The translations under genes were made by a program, and so were the position numbers. This document shows, one piece after another, positions 60,698 to 64,000 of a DNA stretch of 64,000 nucleotides. Source of the stretch: Sedimentisphaerales bacterium (GTDB lineage: Bacteria > Planctomycetota > Phycisphaerae > Sedimentisphaerales > Anaerobacaceae); NCBI GenBank assembly GCA_963708075.1, contig OY970194.1, forward strand, positions 192,001 through 256,000, in the 5' to 3' direction. Below the pieces are notes generated by a model, which was given only the letters and a program-made list of their open reading frames with translations, did no database searches and was not told the DNA's origin. Position 1 is the stretch's first letter. Every line of letters begins with the position of its first letter.

Positions 60698-61164
60698 TCG
60701 TCCTCCCACAATGGGACGCTGGTATCGTTCAGGATGGTGTCAACCATTCCGTCTATTAGCTCAGCCTTATCTTGGTCATTTAGGCCCTGTCCTTCGAGAG
60801 TCATCGTGAGCGACGTTTGTTTGAGGCGTGCTTCAGCGATCTTCTTCGCCTGATCCCTGACAGTTTCTTCAAGGCTGGTCTTCGGAACAATCCAGTATAC
60901 GAATGAACAGTCCATTGCCTTTGCCACGTCGCTCATGGTCTTCAGCGTCAGGTTTCCCAAGAGTTCATCCTTCTCAATCCATGCAACTCGCTGCCTGGAC
61001 ACGCCAAGGCGCTTGCCAAGTTGTGCGCCACTCATCCGTAGCGCCTGGCGCACAGACCGTATCCAGCCCCCGCGCGGGCGAGGTGATTTACGCATGGCCT
61101 CCTGGGCCAGCCTCAATTGCTTGGTCAATTGGCTTCTCATGAGCTTATTCGTCTGCGCATCCAT
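60694..61164 (-). CDS. Mobile mystery protein A (XRE-family HTH)
   Basis: PRGGWIRSVRQAL.MS..QL..RLGVS, TMTLEGQ, LW; ATGA coupling to gene B. Confidence 0.9.
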   Translation of the reverse strand: MDAQTNKLMRSQLTKQLRLAQEAMRKSPRPRGGWIRSVRQALRMSGAQLGKRLGVSRQRVAWIEKDELLGNLTLKTMSDVAKAMDCSFVYWIVPKTSLEETVRDQAKKIAEARLKQTSLTMTLEGQGLNDQDKAELIDGMVDTILNDTSVPLWEDE

Positions 61165-61202
61165 GATGATTCTCCTGGAACTTGAGGCAGGTCAGCGACT
61201 CC

Positions 61203-61288
61203 TGTCAATATATATATTGACAAGTTGGCCCTGCTTGTCAACATATATATTGACAAAAGTGCGGCATTTGTCAACATATATATTGACA
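61203..61288. promoter_or_regulatory. Three 20-bp palindromic operators TGTCAAYATATATATTGACA
   Basis: Copies start at 61203, 61236 and 61269 (33-bp period), upstream of mobile mystery protein A. Confidence 0.8.
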
Positions 61289-61349
61289 TATCGGCGTCTT
61301 CTCGCTATATCATTAGGCTGTATTGCCCTGCCAATGCGAATAGATGGAA

Positions 61350-61481
61350 TGGCCTGTAGTATATATACTACAGGCCAATCCCTACACGCTTCAAAGAGCC
61401 CCCGTTCCCAGGCTTCTTTTCCCCGAAAATGGGCTGATGAGCTTGTCTCCCGGGTGCTGTAGTATATATACTACAGCACCC
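61350..61481. promoter_or_regulatory. Two perfect palindromes with core CTGTAGTATATATACTACAG
   Basis: 61350-61377 (28 bp) and 61452-61481 (30 bp), upstream of the AbiEi-like gene. Confidence 0.75.
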
Positions 61482-62039
61482 AGGCAGACGCATCTTCTGT
61501 CGCGGGTGAGCAACACAAGCATTGTGTGAAACAGGTGGCCAACGGGATCCTTGCTTATGCCAGCCGAATTGAAAACAGCAAGACCAGACATAATCAAGTA
61601 CTTGGACTCACTACCGCGACAGGTATTTGATAGGAGCGATATCGAAACCGTTCTTCAGGAGCAAGGAGATTCTTGGCACCTAGCGAAAACCACCACGACA
61701 GAGACCTTCATCTCGTTTCTTGAGGACAGAACGCAACTCCATATTGAGAGGTTTGATTTCTCGTATCGGCCTATTACTAAGTATGTGTGGGGAAAGGTGC
61801 CTCTGTACACGCTGCTCCTATCACTAAGGCCCGGCTGCTATCTGACGCACTCTAGCGCTATGTACTTCCACAAGCTGACCGACCGAATCCCCGAGGTCAT
61901 CAACATCAACGTCGAACAGGCACCGAAGCCACGCTACGGATCATCCGAACTTGATCAGGAGGGCATTGATCTTGCGTTTGCGAATCCCACCAGGATGTCC
62001 CACAATACCGCCGAGTATGAGGGATGGCCTGCCCCCGGA

Positions 62040-62954
62040 TTATGTGCCAGCTCGAATTAGAGAGTTAACGACAACTTCTTGCCTGTTTGGCGTAGGCGCA
62101 GGCCCCGCCCAAGCCGGAGCCGAAGCCAAACAGGCGGCGGCGAATGCCGCCGGGGTTGCGTAATTCAGCGAACTGTGCGGCCGGTGATGATTGTACCGCA
62201 GACGATAATCCTCCACCAGTACCTTGGCCTCCCGAAGGTTTCCAAACACCTCCGTGTTCAGCAGCTCATCCCGCAGGCGGCTGTTGAACGACTCGATGTA
62301 CGCGTTCTCCCACGGGCTGCCCGGGGCAATGTACAGCGTGCCGACTCCCGATGTCTTGAGCCACGCCTGGACCGCTTCGGCCACGAACTCCGGCCCGTTG
62401 TCACTGCGCAGGTACTGCGGTGACCCACGCACCGCGAACAGATAGTCCAATGTGGCGATCACATCCTGGCTCTTGATGCGGCGAGCCACCTCGATCGTCA
62501 GACTCTCGCGCGTGTACTCATCCAGGACCACCAGCAGCTTGAGCCGCCGACCGTCGGCGGTCTGGTCCGTCACGAAATCATAGCTCCACACGTGGTTGAT
62601 GTGCTCGGCTTTTCGCCGCAGGCAACCATTCTGCGAATCGCCCAGCCGCTTGCGTTTTCCCTTCTTCTCAGGCACTTTCAAGCCCTCCTGACGCCAGAGT
62701 CGATACACCCGTTTGCGATTGACCGACCAACCCTCGGCCCGCAATAGAGCCGTGATCCGCCGGTAGCCGTAGCGCGGATGCCTGCGGCTCAGCCGCTGCA
62801 TCGCACCGACCAGAGCCTTGTCCTGATCCACCCGACACGGCCGATACCGCTGCGTGCCCCGCGGCTGGCCCAGCGACTGGCACACCCGACGCTGCGAGAC
62901 CTCCAGGCGTTGACACACATGCTCCACCGCCTCTCGCCGCCGCGTCGGGCTCAG
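62040..62954 (-). CDS. IS3 transposase OrfB (DDE), -1 frame relative to OrfA
   Basis: [34 protein letters not shown]; slippery G GGA AAA at 62963-62957. Confidence 0.93.
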   Translation of the reverse strand: MSPTRRREAVEHVCQRLEVSQRRVCQSLGQPRGTQRYRPCRVDQDKALVGAMQRLSRRHPRYGYRRITALLRAEGWSVNRKRVYRLWRQEGLKVPEKKGKRKRLGDSQNGCLRRKAEHINHVWSYDFVTDQTADGRRLKLLVVLDEYTRESLTIEVARRIKSQDVIATLDYLFAVRGSPQYLRSDNGPEFVAEAVQAWLKTSGVGTLYIAPGSPWENAYIESFNSRLRDELLNTEVFGNLREAKVLVEDYRLRYNHHRPHSSLNYATPAAFAAACLASAPAWAGPAPTPNRQEVVVNSLIRAGT

Positions 62955-63226
62955 TATTTTCCCTCAAGGGCCTCCTTCAGAATCGCCTTGTCCAGCGACA
63001 GGTCCGCCACCAGCTTCTTGAGCCGAGCGTTCTCCTTTTGCAGATCCTTCAGCCGCCGGGCCTGATCGACCTTCAGGTGGCCGTAGCTCTTGCGCCAGTT
63101 GTAATACGTCGCGTCGCTGACGCCGAACTCGCGACAGACCTCCTCGACGGTCTTGCCCTCCGCGATCTTGCCCTCGGCCTCACGCAGAAATTTCACGATC
63201 TGTTCCGGACTGTACTTCTGCTTCAT
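62951..63226 (-). CDS. IS3 transposase OrfA (HTH)
   Basis: [34 protein letters not shown]. Confidence 0.93.
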   Translation of the reverse strand: MKQKYSPEQIVKFLREAEGKIAEGKTVEEVCREFGVSDATYYNWRKSYGHLKVDQARRLKDLQKENARLKKLVADLSLDKAILKEALEGKY

Positions 63227-63817
63227 CGGGGTATCCTTTCTGTAAATCCCAACCTATTCTAACGGATACCCTCTAACCCTCACTGGCACATTTTCTCGGG
63301 GGCAGGCCAGGGACACACGATACGTCTGCTAAATGGACTGCATACCGGGCACACCGGAGTGATCGAGATGCCTGGTCCGGAAGGAGAGATGCTCCCAATT
63401 ACAGACGTCGAGCGAACTCTCATCGATATAGCGGTAAGACCCGAGTATAGTGGCGGAGTGTTCGAGGTACTGGAAGCCTACAAGCGCGCGACTAATAGGG
63501 TCTCCATCGAGAGACTGACGGGCCACTTGAAGAGAATCGATTACGTCTACCCCTATCATCAGGTCATTGGCTTCTATCTTACCAAGGCAGGGTCCTACCC
63601 AAAATCGCAGATCGACCTGCTGCGTGAGTTTGCGATGGACTACGATTTCTACTTGATGCATGAAATTCAAGAGACGGAATACTCAAGCGAATGGCAGTTA
63701 TTCTTCCCCAAAGGTTTTGGACAATAGGAGGGAATTAAAGTGTCGGATACCGTTTCTTCTTCTGTACTTGCCGGTTCGTCCACCACTGACATGGCTTCGA
63801 TATTTCCATCGTCAGCG

Positions 63818-64000
63818 TTAGTGCGGGGCTTCTTTGGCCTTTTGCAGGGCTTTTAGAGCCTCCTGGGTGTAGACATAGACCGTGACCTCTTTTTCAGAGG
63901 TTTCCTCACCGTTAAAAGCAAGCGTCACCTGATGCATGCCAATCTGCTGCGGTTTAGGTCTCCATAGGATGTAATCCTCGCCGTCTCTTCTTCTCAGTTT
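63818..64000 (-). CDS. 3' end of a hypothetical protein (possibly Ig-like strand motif), truncated by window edge
   Basis: Open frame KLRRRDGEDYILWRPKPQQIGMHQVTLAF...TVYVY...PH*. Confidence 0.45.
   Translation of the reverse strand, partial: KLRRRDGEDYILWRPKPQQIGMHQVTLAFNGEETSEKEVTVYVYTQEALKALQKAKEAPH

Larger units (their letters stand above)
62025..63309 (-). mobile_element. IS3-family insertion sequence (IS407-like), 1285 bp
   Basis: Terminal IRs TGGCCTGCCCCCG.../...CGGGGGCAGGCCA; 4-bp target duplication GGGA; orfA plus orfB. Confidence 0.95.
61551..63727 (+). pseudogene. AbiEi-like (type IV TA antitoxin-like) gene interrupted by an IS3 element
   Basis: YL.H.SAM.FH.LT in the 5' part and TDVERTLIDIAVRPEYSGG in the 3' part; removing the IS and one GGGA restores the frame (EYEG-HTIRLLNG). 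Confidence 0.82.

Noticed and set aside
58447..63727. Prophage
   Set aside because: No structural, terminase, replication or integrase genes; only nuclease, TA-like and IS genes.
1..64000. tRNA or rRNA genes
   Set aside because: None recognised by eye; not excluded without tRNAscan-SE or Infernal.

Overview
Chromosomal, GC-rich bacterial DNA. The gene repertoire (GLUG and LRR/beta-helix surface proteins, an IPAPGA-type PEP-CTERM-like sorting signal, Rnf, HNH-AP2 proteins) suggests an anaerobic planctomycete such as Phycisphaerae/Sedimentisphaerales; this is inference only. Core genes: AcuC/HDAC deacetylase, OFA-MFS, acs, B12 radical SAM, apbE, the rnfCDGEAB operon, glyA, rpsT, rnr, a trpEGDFBA operon lacking trpC with a WWW leader-peptide attenuator, ispD, cobO, two M48 peptidases and two tandem response regulators. 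The accessory and intergenic DNA is the unusual part. (1) Two Cas-less repeat-spacer arrays (GYGAAACAAAGCCAATT, 11 and 9 copies) whose spacers contain pieces of the window's other repeat families; one has a near-consensus sigma70 promoter upstream. (2) A cassette-like run of co-oriented orphan ORFs separated by a ~50-bp imperfect palindrome that is not an integron attC. (3) A DUF4258/YgiT toxin-antitoxin module bracketed by a 108-bp duplication of the cobO 5' end, plus two miniature copies sharing the same deletions. (4) A mobile-mystery-protein A/B pair and an IS3-disrupted AbiEi-like gene, each with its own palindromic operator set. Four single-base frameshifts look like assembly errors.
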